The translations under genes were made by a program, and so were the position numbers. 64,000 bases of DNA from a phage. This document shows positions 25,422 to 34,486 of this stretch, in pieces. Under the pieces are notes generated by a model that worked only from the letters and a program-made list of their open reading frames with translations, was not told the DNA's origin and searched no databases. The stretch is taken from sequence record PZ091942.1; one strand, given 5' to 3'. Position 1 is the first letter of the stretch; each line of letters starts with the position of its first letter.

Positions 25422-26043
25422 AGCAATGGGTAGTGACAAATCTGTAGTCAACGCAGCTAGGGTATCTTTCGGTGTTGTTCGAGAAGGTGACTTAAATGAG
25501 AGAGACACAAAACTTATCAATTTCCTTGCACGGGAAAAACACTGCACGCCTTTCCGTCATCCGACAATTAGCTTCCGATGCAAAGCGCCAATCGCAATTG
25601 CGAGACAGTTGGGCAAGCATCAAGTTGGATTCTCGTGGAACGAAATGTCCCGGAGGTATAAAGATGGAGCAGTTGAATGCTTTGTCCCTGAAGAGATTTT
25701 TGAAAGACCTTCAGACCTCCATGCAGGTTCGGGGAGCCTCCTTATCGGAGCCAATGGTGAAGCAGCAAAAGTAGCCTTTGAACGTGCTTATACTTTAGCT
25801 GTTCAGACATACGAAGGGTTGTTATCAGAAGGTGTTGCACCAGAACAAGCTCGATTCGTATTGCCTCAGGGCATGATCACTGAGTGGGTCTGGACAGGTT
25901 CTTTATTCGGTTGGTCAGAGTTATGTCGTCAGCGACTGTCAGACCACGCTCAGTATGAAGTACGAGTGTTTGCATCAACTATTGATGAAGAGCTTCGTAA
26001 AATCTACCCAATCTCTTGGGATGCATTACGTGAAGCCCACTAA
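25390..26043 (+). CDS. thyX: ThyX-like flavin-dependent thymidylate synthase family protein with non-canonical RHR motif
   Basis: AARVSF, HCTPFRH, KAPIAIARQ, SWNEMSRRY, SDHAQYE align with ThyX; RHR position reads KHQ; start TTG 25390 or ATG 25426. Confidence 0.7.
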   Translation: MNEQLQATLIEAMGSDKSVVNAARVSFGVVREGDLNERDTKLINFLAREKHCTPFRHPTISFRCKAPIAIARQLGKHQVGFSWNEMSRRYKDGAVECFVPEEIFERPSDLHAGSGSLLIGANGEAAKVAFERAYTLAVQTYEGLLSEGVAPEQARFVLPQGMITEWVWTGSLFGWSELCRQRLSDHAQYEVRVFASTIDEELRKIYPISWDALREAH

Positions 26044-26215
26044 AGCATGTAGCTTCTGTCGAAAGCAGAAGCTTCTTATCAATTTCAAGCTGAACGAGGA
26101 AACAGGTTTGGGTCATGCTTTTTGTCATGATTGCAGGCACTACCTCGAACAGAAGCAATACATAAACTGGTTGCATTACTGCAACCCTAACATCTATAAG
26201 CACAAGGTTATCTAA
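26021..26215 (+). CDS. small Cys/His-rich protein
   Basis: In-frame ATG of track ORF 25955-26215; CSFC ... CHDC ... HYC. Confidence 0.35.
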   Translation: MHYVKPTKACSFCRKQKLLINFKLNEETGLGHAFCHDCRHYLEQKQYINWLHYCNPNIYKHKVI

Positions 26216-26695
26216 ATGAAAGCTATTTTTGAAGGAAGGGAGTATGATGTTCCTGATTGGGTTAAATACATAGCTCGTGACTATGATAATCTGGTTTGGG
26301 CATATGGAGACGTAAGACCTGTGTTTAATGAAAACACTGGTAGTTGGTCTAACATGTCAAAATTACCAGGATTTATTCGGGCACTTGGCTCTTCTAGTCG
26401 TCCTGTAGGTTTCGCTGCTGACTCACTTGTTGAGGTTGGTGTTGAAAAGGAAATAGACAAGCCAGAAACGATTTGGGTTTTATCTTCAAGCACACCAATC
26501 AAGGGAAGTCGTGGGATTTCCTTCTATGTTGAGCCTGTCGCTTACTTCAAAAACAAGCCGACCATTAATGCTCTTATGTTAAAGAATATCCCTTATTCGC
26601 AAGTTACCACCCTGTTAGACAATGGGACAGTGCTTGTTGAGAATAACGGGACAAATCAAATCTTTTATGATTTAGAAGAAAGGGTTTTAGAATGA
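26216..26695 (+). CDS. hypothetical protein
   Basis: 159-aa ORF, ATG abutting upstream stop. Confidence 0.5.
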   Translation: MKAIFEGREYDVPDWVKYIARDYDNLVWAYGDVRPVFNENTGSWSNMSKLPGFIRALGSSSRPVGFAADSLVEVGVEKEIDKPETIWVLSSSTPIKGSRGISFYVEPVAYFKNKPTINALMLKNIPYSQVTTLLDNGTVLVENNGTNQIFYDLEERVLE

Positions 26696-26904
26696 AAGGT
26701 TTAGGATTAGGAAAGCACCGTTTTACTTTCCGCATCTCCGACAGGAACCCATACCCAACGAAGATTGAACCTTACGAGATCATCTCTGAGGTGTTTATCT
26801 GGCCTTGGCAGAGTATCTATGATGTTGCTCTTAAGTCCAAGAAGAAGCTGATACCTGTTGGTATTTGGGCTGATGTTGATTTAATTAAAATCGAAAAGGT
26901 TTAA
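26692..26904 (+). CDS. hypothetical protein
   Basis: ATGA-coupled 70-aa ORF. Confidence 0.4.
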   Translation: MKGLGLGKHRFTFRISDRNPYPTKIEPYEIISEVFIWPWQSIYDVALKSKKKLIPVGIWADVDLIKIEKV

Positions 26905-26905
26905 A

Positions 26906-27226
26906 ATGATTAATGATAATACATTTAGGACTGGTAACGGAAACGAGATTAGTCCTGCTGAAGTGATTAAACGACACAGAACACAGATGCTTATCCACTC
27001 CTATTTGTATTATTGGTTGGATGACCCAATCTGGTCTGACGATAAGTGGCAACAAGTGGCTGATGACTTAACCACCTTGCAGGAGATGTATCCCGAACCT
27101 ATTGGATTCTTTGATTCAGAGTTTGAAGGATGGAACGGTTCTACTGGTATGCATCTCCCACATGACGAGCGTATTGCTTGTATGGCTACTGAAGTATATC
27201 GTTTACATAAGGACAAATCAATCTGA
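26906..27226 (+). CDS. hypothetical protein
   Basis: 106-aa ORF; HSYLYYWLDDPIWSDDKW region of unknown significance. Confidence 0.45.
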   Translation: MINDNTFRTGNGNEISPAEVIKRHRTQMLIHSYLYYWLDDPIWSDDKWQQVADDLTTLQEMYPEPIGFFDSEFEGWNGSTGMHLPHDERIACMATEVYRLHKDKSI

Positions 27227-27404
27227 AATGTTTTAAATGTGAATCAACTCTTCTCCATTTGAACTCGAAAGTAATACGGGAGCTTGCCAAAGGCTCCCCG
27301 ACTAAAGGGAAGAATAAGAAGTTTGTCGAAATTAAGGTTATAGGTATACATTGTTCAGAGTGTAAATCCTGTAGCTTCTTATATGAAGAACACGGAGGTA
27401 GGAA

Positions 27405-28145
27405 ATGAGTCGTAGAGAATCTCGGAAAGCATCACGGAGAGAATTACGTCGTGAAGCTCTCGTCACCAAGAAAGGAAAGCGGGAATTTGAAGAAGTAGTT
27501 CTTGCTAAGCCGGTAGTACCTCAGAACCAATTCCAGAGTGAGCTACTCAATGCTATCAAGACTAAACAAGTGGTGTTCACAGACGCTCCTGCGGGCTGTG
27601 GTAAGACGTTCGTCATCACCTCTACTGTCATTGATGCACTGAAGAGTGGTAAGATTCAAAAGATTATCATTAGCCGACCCTCTGTTGGCATGGGTAATTC
27701 TCTTGGATTACTTCCGGGCGGGCTTCGTGATAAGTTCGAACCATACCTAATGCCTATTGTTGATGTGATTACTCAGCGATACGGTAAAGGTTTCTATGAA
27801 TGTCAGCTTGGTAATGGGAACATTGAGTTTGTACCTCTGGAATATCTCCGTGGTCGATCTTTCAATGATGCCATTGTTATTGTGGATGAGTTCCAGAATA
27901 CAACCAAAGATGAGGCATTCTCTATCATGACCCGCTTGGGTGAAACATCCCAGCTGTTCTGTATGGGTGACACAAACCAGCACGATATGAAAGGTCGAGA
28001 GAGTGGTCTTACTTGGGCTACCGAGTTTATTGATGAGCACGACCTGTATGAGTTCGCTGATATTGTTGATGGCGACTCAGGTGATATTGTTCGTTCTGGT
28101 TTCTGTAAAGCAATTGTTAAAGCTATGGAAAAGGATGGTAATTAA
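27405..28145 (+). CDS. phoH: PhoH-like ATPase
   Basis: GGAGG RBS; P-loop APAGCGKTF and ISRPSVGMGNSLGLLPGGLRDKFEPYLMP. Confidence 0.8.
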   Translation: MSRRESRKASRRELRREALVTKKGKREFEEVVLAKPVVPQNQFQSELLNAIKTKQVVFTDAPAGCGKTFVITSTVIDALKSGKIQKIIISRPSVGMGNSLGLLPGGLRDKFEPYLMPIVDVITQRYGKGFYECQLGNGNIEFVPLEYLRGRSFNDAIVIVDEFQNTTKDEAFSIMTRLGETSQLFCMGDTNQHDMKGRESGLTWATEFIDEHDLYEFADIVDGDSGDIVRSGFCKAIVKAMEKDGN

Positions 28146-28331
28146 ATGCAAGTTGCCCTAGTTATCCGAGACTGTGGTGATGGTACTTCTACCATTGACT
28201 TCTACAAAAACATTGAACAAGCATGTTTTGAGTGTGAAGAATTTAATGAAGATACCTGTGTAAATGATGGTGAACCAACTATTATTGATGTTCCTGACAC
28301 TTTTGTACCACCTACAGGGTGGTGTGACTAG
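28146..28331 (+). CDS. small acidic hypothetical protein
   Basis: 61-aa ORF directly after PhoH stop. Confidence 0.4.
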   Translation: MQVALVIRDCGDGTSTIDFYKNIEQACFECEEFNEDTCVNDGEPTIIDVPDTFVPPTGWCD

Positions 28332-28402
28332 GGCTGGCAACTAAAGCCACCCTCTCATAATGTATACTCCTTAGTGTACACTGATATGTTAAGGAGTTGT
28401 AA

Positions 28403-28717
28403 ATGACTGATAAGGCTAAAAGAGATTATGCACAAGAACGAAGAACTGCAATCGCAAGGGGTGAGACCGGCGTTGGTAGCAAGAGCGGAGATGCTCAGCG
28501 CCACCGTGCACGTCGCATCGTTGAAAAGCGCGATGGAAAAGCTGCTGTCCGAGGTAAAGATGTTGGACACAAACGATCAATCAAGTCGGGAGGTTCTAAT
28601 GCGTCAAGTAACTTACGTGTTGAATCAATCTCTGGAAATCGCTCGAACGGCGGCAAAAGTGGAGATCGTGCTGGAAAATCAGCAGGCGGTCGCAAAGGAG
28701 CTTTAAGCTCAAGTTAA
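28403..28717 (+). CDS. basic Gly/Ser/Lys/Arg-rich protein
   Basis: AAGGAG RBS; A/T-biased third positions (unlike overlapping frame 28428-28706); terminator immediately downstream. Confidence 0.45.
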   Translation: MTDKAKRDYAQERRTAIARGETGVGSKSGDAQRHRARRIVEKRDGKAAVRGKDVGHKRSIKSGGSNASSNLRVESISGNRSNGGKSGDRAGKSAGGRKGALSSS

Positions 28718-28722
28718 TATAA

Positions 28723-28756
28723 GGCTACCCATTTCGGGTGGCCTTTTCTTTTATAT
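28723..28756 (+). terminator. rho-independent terminator
   Basis: GGCTACCC-ATTTC-GGGTGGCC hairpin then TTTTCTTTT. Confidence 0.6.
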
Positions 28757-28773
28757 AACCTAAGGTAATAAAT

Positions 28774-29025
28774 ATGTCTAAAGTAACTTATATCACTGTA
28801 ACTGATTTCTTTCCTTTTCTGGATGTAACTGAAAGCTACACCTTCCCCGTGAGCAATGTTACAAGCTCTGTTGAGATGATTCAATTTAACCCAACAACAG
28901 CTCGTACTAACGTGGCTCTTCGTGGTCCTGATGGCAAGTTCATCTCCTTCCGTGATAAGAGTGTTCCTAAGCGTATTGCTAAGTCTATTGAAAACTTGAA
29001 ACCTTTCCCTAACTTTGGTGCATAA
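28774..29025 (+). CDS. hypothetical protein, tandem paralog a
   Basis: TARTNVALRGPDGKFISFRD ... NLKPFP shared with next ORF; leader AAGGTAATAAATATG. Confidence 0.5.
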   Translation: MSKVTYITVTDFFPFLDVTESYTFPVSNVTSSVEMIQFNPTTARTNVALRGPDGKFISFRDKSVPKRIAKSIENLKPFPNFGA

Positions 29026-29026
29026 T

Positions 29027-29284
29027 ATGAAGATCAGCTTAATCCAAATCCGTGATCATCTCTTTAATGGTGATGCTCAGACTCATGATTACAAGGTTAA
29101 TCAAGGACAACACCCTACCAATCATCTTATTGGAGGGATTTCTCTATTACCTAATAAAACAGCACGGACGAATGTAATGATTCGTGGTAAGGATGGTAAA
29201 TTCCTCTCTTATCGTGACCCTGAAATCTGTGATGATGTTCGTACAGCTATGAACAATCTGAAACCTTTCCCGACAGTGGAGTAA
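29027..29284 (+). CDS. hypothetical protein, tandem paralog b
   Basis: ATG 29027 (track start 29015 is TTG); TARTNVMIRGKDGKFLSYRD ... NLKPFP. Confidence 0.5.
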   Translation: MKISLIQIRDHLFNGDAQTHDYKVNQGQHPTNHLIGGISLLPNKTARTNVMIRGKDGKFLSYRDPEICDDVRTAMNNLKPFPTVE

Positions 29285-29287
29285 GTT

Positions 29288-29641
29288 ATGCCAGTACCTC
29301 AACGCCTAGAACGTCACTGCGTTCTCAAATGGGACAATATTCATGACAACCTCTCCATTCAAGAGTTTCGTCAGTTTATTGAATTAACAGCGAAGATTAA
29401 CCGAAACCAACCAGCTCGAAACTTTGTAGTGGTTAGTGATAAGTATCCTGAGTTGTATGAGCAGGTGTGGGGTATGAAACTTGCACAGGTTCAGAGGAAC
29501 AGTAATGAACGGAGAGAAGCTCGTAGGCAGCGAGCAGAAGATATTCCAGCAGTCTTTTATGTGGATGAATTGACGGAATCCTATGAACAGTTAGATATCG
29601 TTGAGGATAACCAAGCGTTCACTGATTTAATATACCAATAA
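29288..29641 (+). CDS. hypothetical protein
   Basis: 117-aa ORF. Confidence 0.5.
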   Translation: MPVPQRLERHCVLKWDNIHDNLSIQEFRQFIELTAKINRNQPARNFVVVSDKYPELYEQVWGMKLAQVQRNSNERREARRQRAEDIPAVFYVDELTESYEQLDIVEDNQAFTDLIYQ

Positions 29642-29657
29642 TTATAAGGAGTGGGTG

Positions 29658-31502
29658 ATGGATAACCCTGATAAGTTACCTTTCATAACGGAGATGACAG
29701 TCGCTGATATAATCTCAAAGCAGGCGAAGCATGGCGTCAACTTCCACAGAAGAAACGCTCGGTGGTTTGTTCACCTTCTCAAAGAGATTATTGTCAATAT
29801 TGATAAAGAACTGATTCCTCTCCTCCCCAAAATGCGGGTGGATGGTTCAACTTATTCGAAACCTTTTAAGAAGTCAGGTGCTTTGCAAAAGTGGCCTCAG
29901 CTCTATTGTGACAGAGTTGGTCTTAAAAGAGAAGATATCGGTGGGGCGTTTACTTGCGTTGAGTATGTAGACTTTGACCCATCGAAAGATGCACGTATTA
30001 AAGAAGCCTTGATGGATGAAGGCTTCATTCCTCCAGAGTGGAATACATCCAAGAAACCTTGGAATACTTATGAAATCCGTAAAGCGATGAAGAAGTATGG
30101 CACATATGCTGCTTGGTATTCTGCTTGGATGCGAGGAAACGCTAAAGAAAAACAGACAGCTGAGATGATTGATGCTGACATTCGTCGGTTCTTGGATAAA
30201 CACTTCCGTTATCACACTGTCAACTACATGAAAGCCTACGTCAGCGGTTTAGGTTTGAATCCTAATAGGAAGAAGCCTGTAACCTTTGATGAAATCAAGA
30301 AAGCTTTAGCCATGTCAAACAAGTGGCCTACAGCTCCTACAAACCTTGAGGAGACACTTGAAGAAGGTCTTGGTGGTGATCTAGGAGGTGTGGGAAGTCT
30401 GCTTAAGAGACGCGTTGTAGCGGCTCACAGACTTGGTTTGATTAGCGGGCTTATCGACAAGGAACGTAAAGATGGTAAGTTGTCCGCCGAAGCTAATAGC
30501 TGCGCTACTCCGACATTTCGTTTTAAACATCGCATTGTTGTTAATATTCCTTCTCGCGGTTTGTTTGGTCACGAGTGCCGCAGTCTTTTTCAATCTGACT
30601 ATTCCTCAGACGATAGTCATAACTATCCTTTCATCATTACCAACCATATCCCTGATGGGTGTTACGTACGAAAAGGTACTAACATTATCTACGAAGTGGG
30701 AAAACCGGGCAAGAAAGACAAACCTGTAGGTGCCTATAAATTCTATGTACCTGCTGGTCGTGAAATCTTCTTAGGTTACGATGGCTCTGGTCTTGAGCTG
30801 AGGATGCTAGCTCACTACCTTATTAAAGAATGTCGTGAGATGCTCGCTGAAGCAGAGCGAGAAAACAACCCAGCTAAGAAACGAGAAGCTGAACGTGGTC
30901 TAGCTTCTGCTGTTATGTACAGAGATATTCTTTTAGAAGGAGATATTCACTCACATAACCAAAAACTTGCTGGTCTTCCTACTCGCGATAACGCTAAGAC
31001 GTTTATATATGCCTTTAACTATGGGGCAGGTGACGCTAAGCTAGGAAGTATCGTAGGTGGTGGCTCTGACGAAGGGGCTATTATGAGAGCAAGATTCTTA
31101 GCAGAGAATCCTTGTATTGCAATCCTTATTGAACGTATGACCGAGAAAGCACAAAGTGGATACATCTACGGTGTGGATGGACGTCGTATTACAATGAGAA
31201 GGGATGCAACTGGAAAGGTTATGGTTCATAAAGCCTTAAATACGCTCTTACAGAGCGCTGGGGCGATTGTTATGAAGTATGCAATGCTATTCCTCAATAA
31301 ATGGATTGAGCGTGATGGTGTTCGTTGTGCGAAGGTTATCGACATGCATGATGAAGGCCAGTTCACTGTACATCGTGAAGATGTTAACAAACTTCGTACT
31401 CTCACTGAAGAGTGTGTTCGTAAAGCGGGTGAATACCTCAAGATGGAATGCCCTCTTGCATCAGATTGTAAGATTGGGCTTAACTGGAATCATACTCACT
31501 AA
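29658..31502 (+). CDS. DNA polymerase, family A polymerase domain (T7 gp5-like, lacks exonuclease domain)
   Basis: AAGGAG RBS; motif A DGSGLELRMLAHY, motif B RDNAKTFIYAFNYGAG, motif C MHDEGQ. Confidence 0.85.
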   Translation: MDNPDKLPFITEMTVADIISKQAKHGVNFHRRNARWFVHLLKEIIVNIDKELIPLLPKMRVDGSTYSKPFKKSGALQKWPQLYCDRVGLKREDIGGAFTCVEYVDFDPSKDARIKEALMDEGFIPPEWNTSKKPWNTYEIRKAMKKYGTYAAWYSAWMRGNAKEKQTAEMIDADIRRFLDKHFRYHTVNYMKAYVSGLGLNPNRKKPVTFDEIKKALAMSNKWPTAPTNLEETLEEGLGGDLGGVGSLLKRRVVAAHRLGLISGLIDKERKDGKLSAEANSCATPTFRFKHRIVVNIPSRGLFGHECRSLFQSDYSSDDSHNYPFIITNHIPDGCYVRKGTNIIYEVGKPGKKDKPVGAYKFYVPAGREIFLGYDGSGLELRMLAHYLIKECREMLAEAERENNPAKKREAERGLASAVMYRDILLEGDIHSHNQKLAGLPTRDNAKTFIYAFNYGAGDAKLGSIVGGGSDEGAIMRARFLAENPCIAILIERMTEKAQSGYIYGVDGRRITMRRDATGKVMVHKALNTLLQSAGAIVMKYAMLFLNKWIERDGVRCAKVIDMHDEGQFTVHREDVNKLRTLTEECVRKAGEYLKMECPLASDCKIGLNWNHTH

Positions 31503-31813
31503 TGATTGATATCAAAACTGAAGTTAAATATAATCCCAAGCTCAATTTTGATGCTTGGGCAAAACTGATTCTTAATATACCTCTCCAAGATGTGGGTTAC
31601 ACACAAGTAACCTGCACAGCAGAACTTCCTACTTATGGGTTACGTCCGTGGAAAGGCGAATCAGTTGTAGATGTGATAAAAGAGATGGTTAAAAGATGTG
31701 CCACTCAGTACGGAGGTGCATTAGAAGGTCGTCATTTCTACTACACCCGTAAGCAGGAATCAACACAATACGAAACTTTCATTGAAGTTAACCTCTTTGT
31801 GGTGGAGAAGTAG
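31502..31813 (+). CDS. hypothetical protein
   Basis: 103-aa ORF, start overlaps polymerase stop. Confidence 0.5.
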   Translation: MIDIKTEVKYNPKLNFDAWAKLILNIPLQDVGYTQVTCTAELPTYGLRPWKGESVVDVIKEMVKRCATQYGGALEGRHFYYTRKQESTQYETFIEVNLFVVEK

Positions 31814-32025
31814 TGATTAGTTCAGTGGAAGAGTTGAATGGTATTACGAAATGAACTAGTCATATTGATTAGTTCTTTTTAAGGAGACAAGGAAGTGGAA
31901 GAAGTGAAAAGTTCTGAATGGTGCTTGAATCAACAGAAGCTCGCACAGGATGAAGGGCGTTTTGAAGACGCTAAAGATTACGGTGAATTATTTCAAACAT
32001 GGGTAGAACGAGAGGAGAAAGCCAA

Positions 32026-32193
32026 ATGATGGACCTGATTCGTAAACCTGCTCCAAAGTGGAATATCTATTATCAAGACTCCACTGGTAAATTTCATAAC
32101 CAACTCGTTTACTCTGATGAAGAACGCGATGAAGTCGTTGCTCAGATTGAAGCAGACGGTGGTACAGTTCTCAAAATCTACGAAAGGAATTAA
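32026..32193 (+). CDS. hypothetical protein
   Basis: ATG with AGAGGAG RBS (track start 31999 rejected). Confidence 0.4.
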   Translation: MMDLIRKPAPKWNIYYQDSTGKFHNQLVYSDEERDEVVAQIEADGGTVLKIYERN

Positions 32194-32195
32194 TA

Positions 32196-32438
32196 GTGAC
32201 TCTAACCTCTAAAGAATTAAAAGAAACTCTGGAAACATCTGAAGGTAAACAACACCTCCTTGCACAGATTCACTCAATGAGTAAAGATACCTTACGTCAG
32301 GCTCTATATGAGCTGACCACTGCTGTTATCCAGATTGAAGCTAACGCTGAAGAAAGTTTGATTAAATTAGAAGCTGCTGATGCAGAAATCAATGGATTGA
32401 AGGTTCGTATTGCCGAGCTGGAAACACAAAATAAATAA
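32196..32438 (+). CDS. coiled-coil hypothetical protein
   Basis: 80-aa helical ORF ending at terminator. Confidence 0.45.
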   Translation: MTLTSKELKETLETSEGKQHLLAQIHSMSKDTLRQALYELTTAVIQIEANAEESLIKLEAADAEINGLKVRIAELETQNK

Positions 32439-32464
32439 GCTACCTTCGGGTGGCTTTTCTTGTC
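32438..32464 (+). terminator. rho-independent terminator
   Basis: AGCTACC-TTCG-GGTGGCT hairpin then TTTCTTG. Confidence 0.6.
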
Positions 32465-32476
32465 TAAGGAGCTGGT

Positions 32477-32869
32477 ATGAAGATTGGCTTAGATTATGAC
32501 GACACTTTTACAGCGGACAAAGAGATGTGGACACATATCGTAGGACTTATGAAGTCTAGAGGTCATGATGTTCGTATCGTGACTTACCGATTCGCTGAAC
32601 CTAATGGGTACACAAACGATGAATTGCTGGCAGATGCAGCTGTTCTAGATATCCCTGTTATCTTTTGCAATGGTGTTCAGAAGGATTCTGTCACTCAGAG
32701 CTTAGGTTTCTTTGTGGATGTTTGGATTGATGACTTCCCTGTTGGTATCCCTAAAATGGACCACCTAGAAGGTATGCTGAAGGGCGTAAGGCTTAATGAC
32801 CTTAGAGCAGCACCTCCAGTAGAAATAGCCTCTCCTAAGTATTCTGAAGAGCCTTTGGTGATACGATGA
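32477..32869 (+). CDS. HAD-like phosphatase (putative)
   Basis: N-terminal IGLDYDDTFT resembles HAD motif I (DxDxT). Confidence 0.4.
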   Translation: MKIGLDYDDTFTADKEMWTHIVGLMKSRGHDVRIVTYRFAEPNGYTNDELLADAAVLDIPVIFCNGVQKDSVTQSLGFFVDVWIDDFPVGIPKMDHLEGMLKGVRLNDLRAAPPVEIASPKYSEEPLVIR

Positions 32870-33048
32870 AGAAATTCCTAATCTGGTCTATTATCATTGC
32901 TCTATTTCTTTGGGTGATGGATGCTCTTGGGGATGCTAGCAAAGAAGACTGTGAGACCCGAATCTCAAGAGAGTTTAATGCACCTACCAAGTTTGTGGGT
33001 GGTCGCTGTTATGTTGAAGGTTGGAGTCGCACCAACACTCGTTACTAA
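32866..33048 (+). CDS. small membrane/secreted protein
   Basis: Hydrophobic LIWSIIIALFLWVMDALG N-terminus. Confidence 0.4.
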   Translation: MKKFLIWSIIIALFLWVMDALGDASKEDCETRISREFNAPTKFVGGRCYVEGWSRTNTRY

Positions 33049-33056
33049 GGATTAAA

Positions 33057-33281
33057 ATGATTTACGTTCACACTTACACGATTGGAAAGAAAGTAGTTGA
33101 CCGAGTTCATACTGATGAAGCAGAAGCTCAGGCTTCTCTAGCAGTTCTAGGTGGAAAGGTTAAGAATTACGTGGAGGCTGGTAAACCAGTTAGTAGTCCA
33201 CCTGTTCTAGAGTATCTTGGAACAAACAACCCAATCACAGCAATGTCAGTCATTAACGCTAAACAAAGGGAGATCTTATAA
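33057..33281 (+). CDS. hypothetical protein
   Basis: ATG with AAGGA RBS (track start 33021 is TTG). Confidence 0.4.
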   Translation: MIYVHTYTIGKKVVDRVHTDEAEAQASLAVLGGKVKNYVEAGKPVSSPPVLEYLGTNNPITAMSVINAKQREIL

Positions 33282-33484
33282 TGTCTAATATTTACGTCGT
33301 ACAAAGCGCACCACATATTAATGACTACAAATACCAAGTGATTGCTGACCGACACGAGCTACTAACCTTTGTTGACCTTATGGCTCTGAAAGAAGAGGTT
33401 GACAAGTTGGTATCAGATGAACAATCCCGGCTCTTGCAAGAGTCTCTAAGCGGAGATTACATCTGCGATGGTTGCACTATCTAA
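33281..33484 (+). CDS. hypothetical protein
   Basis: 67-aa ORF coupled to upstream gene. Confidence 0.4.
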   Translation: MSNIYVVQSAPHINDYKYQVIADRHELLTFVDLMALKEEVDKLVSDEQSRLLQESLSGDYICDGCTI

Positions 33485-33627
33485 ACGATATAAAGTCTGG
33501 CTAGACGAAGGAGCTGAGTATCCTGATGGTTCTGGCTGGAAAGTGATTCTGGAAACAGACGACATGGAGGAGGCTGAAACGAAAGCTGAATCCTTCAACT
33601 ACTCATATTATGAGGACACATACGAGA

Positions 33628-34206
33628 ATGGCTGAAGTTTATTTTGCAGGTGATGGTCACCTAGGCCATCGTAACATCTGTAACTTTAGGAAGAAGTTTA
33701 GTAGTATTGAAGAACACGACAAAGCTATCTTAGCAGCGTTTGACCATGTTACTAAACGTGATAAAACTTTCTTTACAGGTGATTGGGTGTTTGAGAAATA
33801 TGCACTTGATATTATCGCTGAAGTAAAAGGAGAGAAGCATCTTGTCTTAGGAAATCATGACAGATTAGAACTTCTCCCTGATATGATGAAAGTCTTTAGA
33901 CACATCAGTGGTGATTATAAGTACAAAGAGTTTTGGGTAACTCATATTCCTATTCACTCTGATGAAATGAGAGGAAAGTATAATATCTATGCTCATACTC
34001 ATAACTCTACTATCAAAGATTGGAGATACTTTTGTACTTCTATGGAACAAATTGATTACAGAGCTGTGTCTCTGCAAGAGATTAGAAAAGAGTTTGATAA
34101 AAGAAAGGAAGATGAACTTAATCTTCTTACTAAACAGAGAGAATCTAATCTTCAGTTTCAGAGAGAAGTTAAGTATACTAATCTAAATCAGTTTATTGAA
34201 TGGTAA
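33628..34206 (+). CDS. calcineurin-like metallophosphoesterase (Ser/Thr phosphatase-like)
   Basis: GDGHLGH, GDWVF, GNHDR, AHTH metal-binding motifs; start at second ATG of track ORF. Confidence 0.65.
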   Translation: MAEVYFAGDGHLGHRNICNFRKKFSSIEEHDKAILAAFDHVTKRDKTFFTGDWVFEKYALDIIAEVKGEKHLVLGNHDRLELLPDMMKVFRHISGDYKYKEFWVTHIPIHSDEMRGKYNIYAHTHNSTIKDWRYFCTSMEQIDYRAVSLQEIRKEFDKRKEDELNLLTKQRESNLQFQREVKYTNLNQFIEW

Positions 34207-34415
34207 GTTAATTAGTTTTCTTTTGATTTTAATAGAGAATCAAAGTCCTAGGAGTCCTCAACCTAAATCAAGGATTTCCTTAATTCTCTATTTTTATCTC
34301 GCAGGTGTCTCCTGCCCTTCCGGTAGTCTCTCAATTTCTAACAAACTTATGAGAGGTGGTTGTCCGCGCCTTATAGTCGTCGGTCCCGTGCAATAGTTTT
34401 ACTAGCTATACCATA

Positions 34416-34424
34416 TATACATTA
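34416..34424 (-). promoter_or_regulatory. TAATGTATA promoter-like motif (minus strand)
   Basis: Exact reverse-complement copy of the motif in the 34207-34554 intergenic region; no ORF start downstream. Confidence 0.25.
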
Positions 34425-34486
34425 CTGTTTGTTATTATCTACTACCAAAAAGGTTATAGTATAATAGAACCTTATCTGTATAGGTG

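Noticed and set aside
28428-28706. 92-aa ORF in an alternative frame of the same strand, overlapping 28403-28717
   Set aside because: Its third-codon positions are G/C-rich, unlike every confirmed gene here, while the 28403 frame shows the genome-typical A/T-ending codons and has a strong AAGGAG RBS; the overlapping ORF is probably a frame shadow.
31895-32029. 44-aa GTG-initiated ORF upstream of 32026-32193 and 55-aa ORF 33468-33635
   Set aside because: Both have acceptable RBS and codon style but are very short with no supporting motif; noted as possible small genes, not called.
33865-34396. Track ORFs 33865-34077 (minus), 33989-34186 and 34196-34396 (plus)
   Set aside because: The first two are frame shadows of the metallophosphatase gene; 34196-34396 lies in the hairpin-rich intergenic region, has no RBS and a low-complexity translation, so it is treated as non-coding.
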